Shown: piece by piece, positions 29,023 through 38,644 of the stretch | Layout: each line of letters starts with the position of its first letter | How positions within the stretch are numbered: the stretch's first letter is position 1 | DNA from: a virus | DNA: 64,000 nt | Virus record (IMG/VR): IMGVR_UViG_3300045988_115450 | Span: 1 to 64,000 of that record | Reading direction: 5' to 3' (one strand) | Notes under the pieces: model-generated | The model's database searches: none | The model's input: the letters and a program-made list of their open reading frames with translations, nothing else | Told to the model about the DNA's origin: nothing | Translations under genes and position numbers: made by a program

Positions 29023-29376
29023 TTAGCAAGCAATCTTACTAACCTCGATTGCCGTTGTACGGATAAACTTTTTCAGTGTTATATCTCCGGTTCTATAGAA
29101 ATCATCGTCCGGAAACAGGTCATACAAATACTGGATTGGTTGCTTTACATCCAGCATACTTACCACGTTCCTTTGCATAGCTTTTTCTACAGATTTGAAC
29201 GACGCCCCGTATTTACACTCAAGATCCATGATGAGTTCTTTCAGTTCAAACCCGTAGAAATCCTTCTCCTCTGCTACCGCACATATTGCATCCTGCAGGT
29301 ATCCAGCTCCACGCTGCGAAAACCTGCAACCTAAAGCTTGTAGTAGGTCTGCCGTTACAGCACGTACTTTATTCAC
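29023..29376 (-). CDS. Spo0A-C-terminal-like DNA-binding protein
   Basis: GAGYLQDAICAV...SVEKAMQRNV resembles the Spo0A_C pattern (GYxYLxxAI...VERAIRxAI). Confidence 0.45.
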   Translation of the reverse strand: MNKVRAVTADLLQALGCRFSQRGAGYLQDAICAVAEEKDFYGFELKELIMDLECKYGASFKSVEKAMQRNVVSMLDVKQPIQYLYDLFPDDDFYRTGDITLKKFIRTTAIEVSKIAC

Positions 29377-29388
29377 TTACCCAGCTCC

Positions 29389-29700
29389 TTAGTGAGCTAC
29401 AGACACCTGCCGCCCATCGGAGCAAGCATCACGGCACTCTTCACACTTTACACAGTCCTCTTTTAGCCACACATTAAAAAGTGTGCATTTTGGCACATGA
29501 TATTCTGTCGGAGCTTTCTTACCGTGCGTGCGATTTCTTCGTCTATGATATTTACATACATACTTCCCATAAAAGTCTCCACCGTAAGTGCAATTATTTT
29601 CGTCTGGTGACACATTATGTTCAACTGTAATTCTCGTCATTGTTTCAAAATTCATTATTAACCCCATCCATGTCTTTAAATTCAAGCGTAGTTTAAACAA
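29389..29700 (-). CDS. Cys-rich hypothetical protein
   Basis: 103-aa ORF with many Cys residues. Confidence 0.4.
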   Translation of the reverse strand: MFKLRLNLKTWMGLIMNFETMTRITVEHNVSPDENNCTYGGDFYGKYVCKYHRRRNRTHGKKAPTEYHVPKCTLFNVWLKEDCVKCEECRDACSDGRQVSVAH

Positions 29701-29853
29701 ATAGATCTATCACGGAAAGTACGATAGAGGCAAAGAAAAAAGACGTTCCTACAAAAAATTCCTTACTACAACTAGTAATCTGCTTAATACAACCAGATGC
29801 GAATGCAGCAATAACAACGAGATTTAATACGTCTATAACGAAATGTAAAATAC

Positions 29854-30123
29854 TCATTCCAACTTTTTACCTCCATCGGCTGTTCTTATTACCTCTAGCA
29901 ATTCAATATATTTCTTCACATACATTGCCAACCCACTTACATAGTCATCAAAAAATCTCGTTCCATACGACTCAAAACCCCAGCAACTCTCTTTTAAATC
30001 CCAGTAGATTCTGGCGATGGCGTAGCAGTGGTCGTCGGCAAACCATTTTACTAACTCATAGTCTCTAGTCTCTTGGTTGGCAGAATGAATGATTGGTCTG
30101 ATCTCAAACTCTTTAAATCGCAT
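29854..30123 (-). CDS. Hypothetical protein
   Basis: Start reassigned to MRFKEFEI. Confidence 0.4.
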   Translation of the reverse strand: MRFKEFEIRPIIHSANQETRDYELVKWFADDHCYAIARIYWDLKESCWGFESYGTRFFDDYVSGLAMYVKKYIELLEVIRTADGGKKLE

Positions 30124-31486
30124 CTTCTCTACCCAGTTCTTCAGCTTCCTCCATATCTGGAGCGCTAGCATCTACTTTCACGATGCCTTCCAGTACCTTA
30201 AACGACCAGTTCTTATGCTTGTACGCGCAAAATCTCGGTCTATTCACGACTCTAACAACCACACCTTCACGAATATGAGTGAGACCAATTGGGTCCACGC
30301 CATCGCAATATTTCCCCGCAATCTCCTTAACAGCATTCCCAGCAATACCCTCATGAGGGAATACACGAAAATTATTATTCGCGTCCCAGACACACACGCC
30401 GCTGTTATTGATAGTCGCTTTTGCCATAAGAGGCACGCACTTACATCCCATCTGCTCACATCTATATCGCATGAAGTCCGGTGTGTATTCAACAACGTCC
30501 CCATCCTCGTTCGTCATTGTCATCCTGTATACATAAAAGTCGGATTGCGGGTCCCCGTCATGACCATACGGGTCGCACCCATAAGAAAAGGTGGTGTATT
30601 TGCCGTACCTCTTAACAAAATCTTTGTCTCCCGTTTTCTTGTTGTTTGCTACTGGCATAATTGGCGTACCATTAGTGGTGAACCCAACGATCTCGTAGAA
30701 GACCTCCTCGCCCTTCCATAGCTTGCCCTCGAAAAACTTTGCGTGCTGTTCTCTAAATTCATTCGACCCGTGATACCCGTCGCTATAATTATCTAACACC
30801 ACTCTACGTGTGCCAGTTACATATCCCCAATCATAAATAGGAATACCGGTTCGCCGCTTGATTCTATCAATAATAGTCTTCTTATATCCTTTAAAGATTG
30901 GAAGATACGCCGTGCGCCCGCTGGTTCCGTGCATCTTTAGTGTGAATTCAAGTTCGTCACCAAGAGAAAAAGCAGACAGATTGTACGCGAGCTGCTCTGT
31001 GTCTGCGTGTTCTTTGAATAGTGGCGCGATAGACACATTTTTCTTTCTCGTCTTATTCCCGACACGCTGCTGGCTACCCCTCTTGTTAGGGATATACTTT
31101 TTACAAATCTCATGTCCATTGAATACGTCGATAGTATCTCCAACTTTTAACACGCCAATATCACCAAAGCTATTCAGGCAATTCAGAGGCAGAAATAAGC
31201 CATCAGACTTCTCTCCCCTGAGTCTGATGGCCGACACGTTGCGTTTTTCTGGGTTCATATAGCCGCCGATATTATTACCGTTAGCGTCTTTCTTTCTAAG
31301 AAGATTGTTGGCTGCGGCAAATTCGAGTGACAGCTGACCGTCAGTGGGGAAATAAACGCCCACTTGGCCTTCGCTGTAATCCATATTGACGCACACCGTA
31401 TTCCCGAAACACTCTCCGAGTTGAAGTCTGTCAGCGTTCGGATGTTTTCTAACATTTGTAATTTTTGTCACATAAGCTTTATACAT
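30113..31486 (-). CDS. RNA ligase (Rnl2/DRB0094-like nucleotidyltransferase with N-terminal OB domain)
   Basis: Start reassigned to MYKAYV, preceded by RBS GGAGG. OB-like KHPNADRLQLGE and motif I LKMHGTSGR (compare KxHGxN of Rnl2). Confidence 0.6.
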   Translation of the reverse strand: MYKAYVTKITNVRKHPNADRLQLGECFGNTVCVNMDYSEGQVGVYFPTDGQLSLEFAAANNLLRKKDANGNNIGGYMNPEKRNVSAIRLRGEKSDGLFLPLNCLNSFGDIGVLKVGDTIDVFNGHEICKKYIPNKRGSQQRVGNKTRKKNVSIAPLFKEHADTEQLAYNLSAFSLGDELEFTLKMHGTSGRTAYLPIFKGYKKTIIDRIKRRTGIPIYDWGYVTGTRRVVLDNYSDGYHGSNEFREQHAKFFEGKLWKGEEVFYEIVGFTTNGTPIMPVANNKKTGDKDFVKRYGKYTTFSYGCDPYGHDGDPQSDFYVYRMTMTNEDGDVVEYTPDFMRYRCEQMGCKCVPLMAKATINNSGVCVWDANNNFRVFPHEGIAGNAVKEIAGKYCDGVDPIGLTHIREGVVVRVVNRPRFCAYKHKNWSFKVLEGIVKVDASAPDMEEAEELGREDAI

Positions 31487-31793
31487 CTGTGCCCTCCTTC
31501 TTTGCGTTTGTATATGCGACAACCGCATCATTCCAATTCCGCTTCGCCTGTTTGGCGGTTTCTGCGGGCGCTCCCTCAAACGCACAGATCTTTCGACTAC
31601 CTCTCACGCAAAACTGATCGTCAGACTCAGCCTGCCAGTTTCTACAGCGCCGAATATATTTTCCACCACCAGACCACTCGCTAGTAGTTTTGCTGCCGCA
31701 CACAGGGCACGGCAGCAACTTAATACTTTCTGGTTTTTTCGTGAGATTATAACCTAACTTATCGGCCTCAATTTTCAATTCTTCAATAGTCAT
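31479..31793 (-). CDS. Zinc-ribbon protein
   Basis: CPVCGS...CRNW. Confidence 0.45.
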   Translation of the reverse strand: MTIEELKIEADKLGYNLTKKPESIKLLPCPVCGSKTTSEWSGGGKYIRRCRNWQAESDDQFCVRGSRKICAFEGAPAETAKQAKRNWNDAVVAYTNAKKEGTDV

Positions 31794-31826
31794 TATGTAC
31801 TCCTTTTCGAATCTGTGTCGCCATAT

Positions 31827-31997
31827 TTACATACCAGTTAAATCAAATCCTGCATGGCAAAAGCCATAAGCATCAGACAGAAAATCTGAAACTTCATCTA
31901 CATCCGCCATACCCTCCGGGATCTCAACAGATTGCGGCAGTTGGTTTAGAAGCTCTTTATCGCCATCTGTGTCCCACTTAATGTTTGCTGTAATCAT
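31827..31997 (-). CDS. 56-aa hypothetical protein (below the ORF-track cutoff)
   Basis: Hand translation gives MITANIKWDTDGDKELLNQLPQSVEIPEGM...GFCHAGFDLTGM. It fills an otherwise empty gap. Confidence 0.4.
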   Translation of the reverse strand: MITANIKWDTDGDKELLNQLPQSVEIPEGMADVDEVSDFLSDAYGFCHAGFDLTGM

Positions 31998-32002
31998 GAG
32001 GC

Positions 32003-32221
32003 TTACTCCTTCAGCTCAAAGTTTCCTTCCGGATAAAAGTCGGTGCTGACATTGATGTACGGTTCCGCATCTAGATCGTCAACATAGCAAGTAACGATAA
32101 CGCCTTTCGAGTATTTGTAATTACCAATAATACTCTCCGCGTTGTCGATCAAAGACTGCCCACACTTTTTAATAGCACGAATTTTCCTTTCGTTATCCCA
32201 GATATTAAATTCTGTCGCCAT
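32003..32221 (-). CDS. Hypothetical protein
   Basis: 72-aa co-oriented ORF. Confidence 0.4.
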   Translation of the reverse strand: MATEFNIWDNERKIRAIKKCGQSLIDNAESIIGNYKYSKGVIVTCYVDDLDAEPYINVSTDFYPEGNFELKE

Positions 32222-32245
32222 ATGTATCCCTCCATGAAAAGTAGT

Positions 32246-32485
32246 TTAAATTTTGATGCCTCGCTTGGTTAGCTCCGCCTCGAACACAAGCGACCAATAC
32301 TTGTCTAACGGTCTTACCATACGATAACAGTTCTTAATATGATCGTCTGTCATGCTTCCAACCGTGAGTTTATCCCCAGCTTTAGTAGTCCAAATTTCGT
32401 CTGACGGGTTGCCCACATATATCAGTTTTCGCTCCGGGAGTGCCGCATCATCGCTCCATATATTGACAAAATCATGTCGCTTCAC
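32246..32485 (-). CDS. Hypothetical protein
   Basis: 79-aa co-oriented ORF. Confidence 0.4.
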   Translation of the reverse strand: MKRHDFVNIWSDDAALPERKLIYVGNPSDEIWTTKAGDKLTVGSMTDDHIKNCYRMVRPLDKYWSLVFEAELTKRGIKI

Positions 32486-32492
32486 TCACCTC

Positions 32493-32750
32493 TCACTCCC
32501 ATTCTTTTTTCGGCAGAGGAGGTAATCCTTTCCCGTTCTTGATGTCGTCCATTAGATCGCGACTGCCGCCCGACGACTTCTTCTCAACCTGTTCATACAC
32601 AACAATTACTCCGTGCTTCGGTGTCGCCGCCATTGTAACCACTCTATAATCGCCCTGAATTATTTCGCGTATTGCACCACTTGCAGTAATCACGTCTTCA
32701 TAAAGACTTACGGTTTGTCTAGACACTATCTTCGCCTCCTTTAAACCCAA
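32493..32750 (-). CDS. Hypothetical protein
   Basis: 85-aa co-oriented ORF. Confidence 0.4.
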   Translation of the reverse strand: MGLKEAKIVSRQTVSLYEDVITASGAIREIIQGDYRVVTMAATPKHGVIVVYEQVEKKSSGGSRDLMDDIKNGKGLPPLPKKEWE

Positions 32751-33040
32751 ATAATATCTTCGTATTTCCCCATATAAAAATTACGGACTGCTCTGTCAAT
32801 CATTCTCTTGTCTTTTTCCTTGTTGCACCAGAGCCTACCAACTCTTTTCACACAAGTGGCTTCGTCCGGCATCCATGACAGTACGGTGCCGTCCGTAAAT
32901 TCCGTAAATGCCATATGTTCATGTCGCCTGTATCTGTGCCTCACTTCTTTGCCGCAGGTCTGTTCGATCTTATCCATTAAGGCACAGCCAGATTCATAGT
33001 CGAACCCGATAACAGCCCAGTATTTTCTAAACACGACCAT
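32741..33040 (-). CDS. Hypothetical protein
   Basis: 99-aa co-oriented ORF. Confidence 0.4.
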   Translation of the reverse strand: MVVFRKYWAVIGFDYESGCALMDKIEQTCGKEVRHRYRRHEHMAFTEFTDGTVLSWMPDEATCVKRVGRLWCNKEKDKRMIDRAVRNFYMGKYEDIIWV

Positions 33041-33045
33041 TTCCT

Positions 33046-33213
33046 TTACTCATCTAAATCCTTTGCCCGGCATACAATCTCATCAATACCATTCATCAGA
33101 TTCTCAACTAAGATTTTAGATACGTCTTTTCCGTTGATAGTTTTCAAAGGATATCTTTTACCACATTTAACAACAAAAATATCCACATAAATTCCGTCCG
33201 TAATCTTATCCAT
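33046..33213 (-). CDS. Hypothetical small protein
   Basis: Start reassigned to MDKITDG, preceded by RBS GGGGGA. Confidence 0.35.
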   Translation of the reverse strand: MDKITDGIYVDIFVVKCGKRYPLKTINGKDVSKILVENLMNGIDEIVCRAKDLDE

Positions 33214-33224
33214 ATAATATCCCC

Positions 33225-33377
33225 CTACTCCACATCCTCTTTTTCGCAATAACAATTAAACAACGGGTCGTTCACATCACACACACAACATGGTTTCCCG
33301 TCACAAGAACTAGGCGGGTAGAACATACAAGACTCACACACCCACTCCGCTTTTCCTTTTTCTTTTTGAACCATCAT
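33225..33377 (-). CDS. 50-aa Cys-rich ORF (below the ORF-track cutoff)
   Basis: Hand translation gives MMVQKEKGKAEWVCESCMFYPPSSCDGKPCCVCDVNDPLFNCYCEKEDVE. Confidence 0.35.
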   Translation of the reverse strand: MMVQKEKGKAEWVCESCMFYPPSSCDGKPCCVCDVNDPLFNCYCEKEDVE

Positions 33378-33389
33378 AAAGCTAAAATT

Positions 33390-33626
33390 CTATGTATTAA
33401 ATCCACGGATATTTTGATATATGCTGATAACGTAGCGATAATATTCTTTCTCTACATCGCCGCCTTTTCTCTCCCGCATAAACCCGGCGTCTAAGTTATG
33501 ACAGTCAGAGCATTCGTAGTGATGGATTGGTATGCCGTATCCATCGCGAGGATTCCCGACGGTATCGCGGGGTAGTTCACGGGCCTCATATTCCTTCCCA
33601 CAGTTAGGACAATAAAAATAATACAT
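33390..33626 (-). CDS. Zinc-ribbon protein
   Basis: CPNCG...CSDCH. Confidence 0.45.
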   Translation of the reverse strand: MYYFYCPNCGKEYEARELPRDTVGNPRDGYGIPIHHYECSDCHNLDAGFMRERKGGDVEKEYYRYVISIYQNIRGFNT

Positions 33627-33662
33627 ACTGCTTATTTCCTTCTTTAATCTATAATTTTTATT

Positions 33663-34247
33663 TTAAAAAAACCTCTTCTCAATCAGCTTATTTAGCACGT
33701 CAGTGACATCTTTATTCGCCTGCGCTACTTTGACGCAGTTGTTGTTGATGATAATCTTGTACGCTTCACTCAACTCTTCTAGGTTCTTGATCTCAGATCT
33801 TCTCTCTTTAATCTGGGTATCTGCCTCATCAATCATTTTCCTATACATGTCAGACTCTTTCTGCACTTGCTTCTGAATATCCTCCAGAGTTGCCTTAGTA
33901 GAGTTCAATTTATCCAGCATTTTAGTTACATATGTATTGTTAAATTCATCGCCTAAACCAAGGTCGATCTTGTAGAGAGTCACGACAACCTTTTCTCGCT
34001 CGTCTACAAGGAGCACCCAAGTATCTTGCACATAAACGTCAATTACTTTGCCCTTGCCATCCTTCTGAGATTGTCTGCCTGAATAAATACAGCTGCCGTA
34101 TTCTATCATCTTGTTAATATCTGTCTTAATCTTATCTTCATTCAGAGAAACAAAACGAGCAGCGTCTGACTTCTCCCCTTTGCCCATAACGCGTTCCGCG
34201 TAGCGAGTTTTACAATGCGCTGAAACCTGATACTTTATATTTTCCAT
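33663..34247 (-). CDS. Hypothetical coiled-coil protein
   Basis: 194-aa ORF. Confidence 0.45.
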   Translation of the reverse strand: MENIKYQVSAHCKTRYAERVMGKGEKSDAARFVSLNEDKIKTDINKMIEYGSCIYSGRQSQKDGKGKVIDVYVQDTWVLLVDEREKVVVTLYKIDLGLGDEFNNTYVTKMLDKLNSTKATLEDIQKQVQKESDMYRKMIDEADTQIKERRSEIKNLEELSEAYKIIINNNCVKVAQANKDVTDVLNKLIEKRFF

Positions 34248-34275
34248 GCACTACCCTCGAACCTTATTTTAATTT

Positions 34276-34602
34276 TCAAATAGAAATCTCAACCAAGAAA
34301 TCATAAACTTTATCCCACGATGATAGATCGATGCACTCTTTTTTCTCCTCCCCGTGTGAGACAAATACATCTCCGATCTTAAAATCCTTTAGCCAGTCTT
34401 TCTCATAAACGCAATAACTAACCCAATGTTCGTCATCGTGCATCGCGTCTTCGATCAGTTGTATTGCTATGTCGAAAATATCCGTGATGTAGAGGCCGCA
34501 GAAATCAGGATTAAGTTTTTTCATGGCAGAATTCACTGCACTCATCCTGCTATCCAAATCCATAAGCCGCTTCATCGTTTTTACGAAACTTTCCTTATTC
34601 AT
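34276..34602 (-). CDS. Hypothetical protein
   Basis: 108-aa ORF. Confidence 0.4.
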   Translation of the reverse strand: MNKESFVKTMKRLMDLDSRMSAVNSAMKKLNPDFCGLYITDIFDIAIQLIEDAMHDDEHWVSYCVYEKDWLKDFKIGDVFVSHGEEKKECIDLSSWDKVYDFLVEISI

Positions 34603-34623
34603 GTCGCATACCCATATGTATAG

Positions 34624-34974
34624 TTACTCCTCGCTGACTTCTTCTTTGATATCCTTTACGATATCCTTTACTGCCTTAGTTCTTCTAAGTCTTTCGGCCA
34701 GCCTGTCAGCAGCTAGGTTAATGATCTCATCTTTATGCTCGTTGATTACTTCAGTGATCTTTTTGTCAAAATATATCGTCGGCTCATCATTACCACACCA
34801 CCTCATAACCAAAGCTTTACGCACCTGCTCCGCCATCTCCTTAGCAACAACATTCTCAGCCGATTTCTCAATATTCTTCTTGATGTATTCGTCGTCAATC
34901 GTAATGCCAAACTGTACGATATGTTCCATTGAAACTCCTCCTGTCACATGAGTTGATAATCTATACGCCCGCAC
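34624..34974 (-). CDS. Hypothetical protein
   Basis: 116-aa ORF. Confidence 0.4.
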   Translation of the reverse strand: MRAYRLSTHVTGGVSMEHIVQFGITIDDEYIKKNIEKSAENVVAKEMAEQVRKALVMRWCGNDEPTIYFDKKITEVINEHKDEIINLAADRLAERLRRTKAVKDIVKDIKEEVSEE

Positions 34975-35171
34975 TTATCGCACCGATACATATAGGTTTC
35001 TGGATGTGTAAGCATTCTGATTGTCTGATTCTTGCACATATTCCCACCGCAGTCCGGACATAGGTACTTTGGCTCTGACCACTCTGACCATTCTAAAGGT
35101 GTCGCCCTCACCATCTTCCTATACTCCTCCGCAGTAGGCAGACGTTCCCCGTAATTATCACTCACTTTCAT
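34944..35171 (-). CDS. Zinc-ribbon protein
   Basis: CPDCGG...CDKCG. Confidence 0.45.
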   Translation of the reverse strand: MKVSDNYGERLPTAEEYRKMVRATPLEWSEWSEPKYLCPDCGGNMCKNQTIRMLTHPETYMYRCDKCGRIDYQLM

Positions 35172-35613
35172 TCACCCCGTTCAACATCTTTATCGTCTCT
35201 CGTTTGTTTTCTTCGGTCAACCCGTGGCTAAACAGAGTTCGTACTAACCGCTCCATATTTGGTTCCATGTCGTCTCTGTCATCCAGGATAACAAAGCTAC
35301 CTACATCCGTATGCGCGTCTAGCCACGACTGGATTTCCTGGCCCCTATGGTTGTTTATAACCGGTGTAAAGTCATATAAGGCTAAACCGTACTCCGACAG
35401 CTTGTCTTCCAGCTCGTCAAGTTCTGGACTTAATTCAGTATGAGCGTCGTATCTCCAGTCGCTCGACAAGACAATCTCGCATCCAGTTTGATCTACAATA
35501 TTCTTCAGTCGGCGAACAAAAATATCTTCAACGAAGCTACACCCGGTCGCAGTCTTTTCTTTTGTGTTCGCTTTATTTAAAACACCATCTACATCTAAGA
35601 ACAAAACTTTCAT
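35158..35613 (-). CDS. HAD-superfamily phosphatase-like protein
   Basis: Motif I FLDVDGVLN, and a later LDDRDD motif. Confidence 0.6.
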   Translation of the reverse strand: MKVLFLDVDGVLNKANTKEKTATGCSFVEDIFVRRLKNIVDQTGCEIVLSSDWRYDAHTELSPELDELEDKLSEYGLALYDFTPVINNHRGQEIQSWLDAHTDVGSFVILDDRDDMEPNMERLVRTLFSHGLTEENKRETIKMLNGVNESE

Positions 35614-35625
35614 GTAATAGCGGAC

Positions 35626-35808
35626 TCACCACCCTCTCATTTTCATTTGCTCTCCTTTGCACTTCTTCTGTTTGCTTCCTTTCGCTAATTTCCTATTTTC
35701 CTTGCACTGACTGCAATTGTTTCTATCTCTGCAAAGCCAGCACCCATCCCTATTTCCCCACGCCCAATGCGGTATAGAAGGACGTGGCTTTCTTCTAGCT
35801 TTTCCCAC
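35626..35808 (-). CDS. Basic Cys-rich small protein (possible GTG start)
   Basis: CWLC...CSQC within a Lys/Arg-rich ORF. Confidence 0.3.
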   Translation of the reverse strand: MGKARRKPRPSIPHWAWGNRDGCWLCRDRNNCSQCKENRKLAKGSKQKKCKGEQMKMRGW

Positions 35809-36169
35809 CACTACACCACCTCTTACAAAACCGTTCAAATTCTTCTACTTCGTCTAGGTCTGCATCAAAATACACACCTTGCGTCGGAAGAGCCGAATGC
35901 TGCGGGCCAATCATCATGTAAGCAGTTCCTTTGTGCCGTCGTTCTTCTAGAAAGATTGGGTTCCCAGACTTAGTAAAAGCCTCTCGGATTGTTAGTTTGT
36001 TTGTTAGCATTTTTCTACAGTGGTTAACGGACACCTTCGTAGACACGCAACTCTCATCTTCACTTCGGCAGCATAAGAAAAGCTCACCTTTAGATGAGCT
36101 TAAAAATAGCACCGGATATCGGTGCTCGAAGAATACATATTCAATAGACCAGTCTTTAATAAGCTCCAT
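35795..36169 (-). CDS. Hypothetical protein
   Basis: Start reassigned to MELIKDW. Confidence 0.4.
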   Translation of the reverse strand: MELIKDWSIEYVFFEHRYPVLFLSSSKGELFLCCRSEDESCVSTKVSVNHCRKMLTNKLTIREAFTKSGNPIFLEERRHKGTAYMMIGPQHSALPTQGVYFDADLDEVEEFERFCKRWCSGGKS

Positions 36170-36407
36170 CAAACCCCAACCTTTCATCAATAATAGCCTC
36201 GGTTGCATCTTGCTGGATAACGCCAGCCAGCATGTGAGCAGTTGTCGGAGTACACTCGTAGTAATTAGAATAAATCTCCTCCGTGTCTTTACCAATAGCA
36301 ACAATAGCAATGCTCGTTACGTCGCTAATCACGCTACTGATCTCATCTAAGGATTCCGCAAAGAAGTCCTGATACCGAACGTCTTTATTTGAAATAATAT
36401 GTACCAT
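36156..36407 (-). CDS. Hypothetical protein
   Basis: 83-aa ORF. Confidence 0.4.
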   Translation of the reverse strand: MVHIISNKDVRYQDFFAESLDEISSVISDVTSIAIVAIGKDTEEIYSNYYECTPTTAHMLAGVIQQDATEAIIDERLGFDGAY

Positions 36408-36419
36408 ACAGTGTCCTCC

Positions 36420-37667
36420 TTATTCGCTTGCCTTGAAATTGTATACAGGCTTGATGATGTTCGCGACCTCTACGGTGTCCGCAATATTGGCAATGATTTC
36501 CTCCATCGTCTTGTAAGCCATCGGACTTTCATCAATGGTGGAACGGCTGACAGATGTGGTGAAGATACCCTTCATGGAATCCTCATACTCCTCGAGAGAA
36601 ACCAGCTCTTTCGCCTTACTGCGGCTCATTACTCGACCAGCACCATGAGGAGCTGAACAGTTCCAATCATCATTACCCTTGCCGATACCGATGATACAAC
36701 CATCACGCATATTGATAGGAATGAGGAGCTTTTCACCAGCTTTCGCAGAGATAGCCCCCTTGCGAACCATATTCGTTCCAAACTCAATGTAGTTGTGAAC
36801 GGTCTCGAACATCGGCAAATCCCAGTAGGCGATGTCACTTCCGAACAAACTGCTGACGATTCGATTTGCGATTTCATATCGGTTGGTTGCCGCAAAATGC
36901 TGACACGCTTTCATGTCGTGAAGATAATCTTCCCGGTGCTTTCCTGTGAGGTAGCACAGTTCCTTCGGAATCCCGAGAGGGTTCGGAGAGAACTTTCTAT
37001 GAAGCTCGGCAATCGCTTTCTGAATTTCCTTTTTGCGCCCCTGCGCCTTGTAATCAACAATCAGTTTCTCTTGTATAGCAATGAGTTCGTCCTTACCTTG
37101 CATAGTCTCAACGGCAAGGTTCTGATAGTATTCGGCAACCTGTTTTCCCAAATTGCGGCTACCAGTATGAATCACAAGGTATTTTACCCCTTCGGAATCA
37201 GTATCAATCTCGATGAAATGGTTTCCACCCCCGAGAGAACCGATGGAGCGAACCAGTCGTTCCGGGCCTTTGAGTGCCTTATAGCACCGAATATATTCAA
37301 TTACCTCGGTAGGGTAGATAGCCGTCTCGTTTACTTCACGACCACTTGGGACGTTCTCCCGGATAGCCTTGTCGAGATAATCGAAGTCAATGTCAATCTT
37401 ACCCAGTTCCACGGTCAGCATACCGCAACCAATGTCAACGCCAACGATGTTCGGAATGACCTTATCCCCCAAATCAGCCGTAAAGCCAACGACACAACCA
37501 GCCCCAGCATGAACATCGGGCATGATACGAACCTTGCAATCTGCGAAAGCTGGTTGTTTGACAAGGGTATAAATCTGATTCAGAGCCGTAGGCTCGATGT
37601 TATCAGTAAAAATCTTTAAGTCGCTCATTACACCACCATCACAATCCATGTTAAAATAATCTGACAA
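36420..37667 (-). CDS. rtcB: RtcB 3'-phosphate RNA ligase
   Basis: MPDVHAGAGC, GGGNHFIE, HTGSRNLG and APHGAGR motifs. Confidence 0.9.
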   Translation of the reverse strand: MSDYFNMDCDGGVMSDLKIFTDNIEPTALNQIYTLVKQPAFADCKVRIMPDVHAGAGCVVGFTADLGDKVIPNIVGVDIGCGMLTVELGKIDIDFDYLDKAIRENVPSGREVNETAIYPTEVIEYIRCYKALKGPERLVRSIGSLGGGNHFIEIDTDSEGVKYLVIHTGSRNLGKQVAEYYQNLAVETMQGKDELIAIQEKLIVDYKAQGRKKEIQKAIAELHRKFSPNPLGIPKELCYLTGKHREDYLHDMKACQHFAATNRYEIANRIVSSLFGSDIAYWDLPMFETVHNYIEFGTNMVRKGAISAKAGEKLLIPINMRDGCIIGIGKGNDDWNCSAPHGAGRVMSRSKAKELVSLEEYEDSMKGIFTTSVSRSTIDESPMAYKTMEEIIANIADTVEVANIIKPVYNFKASE

Positions 37668-38005
37668 ATATGAACCAGCTGATCCTGAACCAGGTTGATT
37701 TTCTTAAAGTTCGCCTTCAAGTCGTCAACACAGAAGTGAATAACGCAGTTCACTACCAGCATAACAAAAAACAGGACCGGTAGGTTGAGCTTCAGATAAA
37801 CCGCCACCGGCAGCATCGTCATGAACGTCCAGCTAGAAGCGTGCATAAACAGTGCTGCAAGATAGTCGTGCCTGTACTTCTCTCCAGGAGAGTTCTTTCT
37901 CCACCAATCCTTCTGCTTCATACTGGCAAGCACACCCTGCAGGTAATAATCATCCACGATGTGAGCAAACAGCATCACCAATAACACAAATAGCTTAGTC
38001 TGCAT
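37628..38005 (-). CDS. Multi-TM membrane protein (DUF3307-like)
   Basis: HIVDDYYLQG plus several hydrophobic helices. Confidence 0.45.
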   Translation of the reverse strand: MQTKLFVLLVMLFAHIVDDYYLQGVLASMKQKDWWRKNSPGEKYRHDYLAALFMHASSWTFMTMLPVAVYLKLNLPVLFFVMLVVNCVIHFCVDDLKANFKKINLVQDQLVHICQIILTWIVMVV

Positions 38006-38022
38006 TCATCATACCTCCACAA

Positions 38023-38235
38023 TCATCTACTATCAGTGGGAAACATAATTATATTTTCTTCTTCATCGTACCCAACATACACAAATGCCGCTTCGTGAAC
38101 ACCGTAATTACACTGATTATCATAACCATAGTAAGTATGGGCACACATCGTATCATCGGGGATATTATTCAAGAACTCTTTCAGAGCACCAACATCTTTC
38201 ATGCACTTAAAATTCATTAAATTCAGCCCCCACAA
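38023..38235 (-). CDS. Hypothetical protein
   Basis: 70-aa ORF. Confidence 0.35.
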   Translation of the reverse strand: MWGLNLMNFKCMKDVGALKEFLNNIPDDTMCAHTYYGYDNQCNYGVHEAAFVYVGYDEEENIIMFPTDSR

Positions 38236-38253
38236 CCAGTTTCTTTATATAGG

Positions 38254-38478
38254 TTATTCCATAGTTCTTCTAACCTTACATCTGTTAAATACTTCACTTG
38301 TGACCAACCACTCTTCAGCCCATACATCAATTTCAGTACCAGAATAGTCGCTGTTGTCCAGTACGATCTCCTCATTATTATACTTGCGCTTCACAATCTC
38401 GTAAGCCTGTTCCTTGCTCTCTGCCTCAATTTCCAGCTCTCTCCGGAGTTCTTCCGTAACAGCTACAACGTACTTCAT
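38254..38478 (-). CDS. Hypothetical acidic protein
   Basis: Start reassigned to MKYVVAV. Confidence 0.4.
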   Translation of the reverse strand: MKYVVAVTEELRRELEIEAESKEQAYEIVKRKYNNEEIVLDNSDYSGTEIDVWAEEWLVTSEVFNRCKVRRTME

Positions 38479-38485
38479 ACGAACC

Positions 38486-38644
38486 TCACTTTCTCCCAAT
38501 TACAACGTGCTTTACACGCCCGCACTTCTTACACATATAAACAAGTTCAATCCCGTCTGGCACAGTTACGTTGTCGCCAAACTTCTTTACGCCTGTCACG
38601 TAATGAAAGTCGTGTTTGCAAAACAGCTTAGTTAACAACCCCAT
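38486..38644 (-). CDS. 52-aa zinc-ribbon ORF (below the ORF-track cutoff)
   Basis: Hand translation gives MGLLTKLFCKHDFHYV...YMCKKCGRVKHVVIGRK. Confidence 0.35.
   Translation of the reverse strand: MGLLTKLFCKHDFHYVTGVKKFGDNVTVPDGIELVYMCKKCGRVKHVVIGRK

Noticed and set aside
36795-37619. 274-aa + strand ORF. Similar long + strand ORFs lie at 24204-24893, 30089-30721, 49059-49763, 55131-55790, 58136-58717 and 60953-61600.
   Set aside because: Each lies antisense to a minus-strand gene with clear motifs or a clear RBS (RtcB, Erf, RNA ligase, ParB-like and others). None has a recognisable domain.
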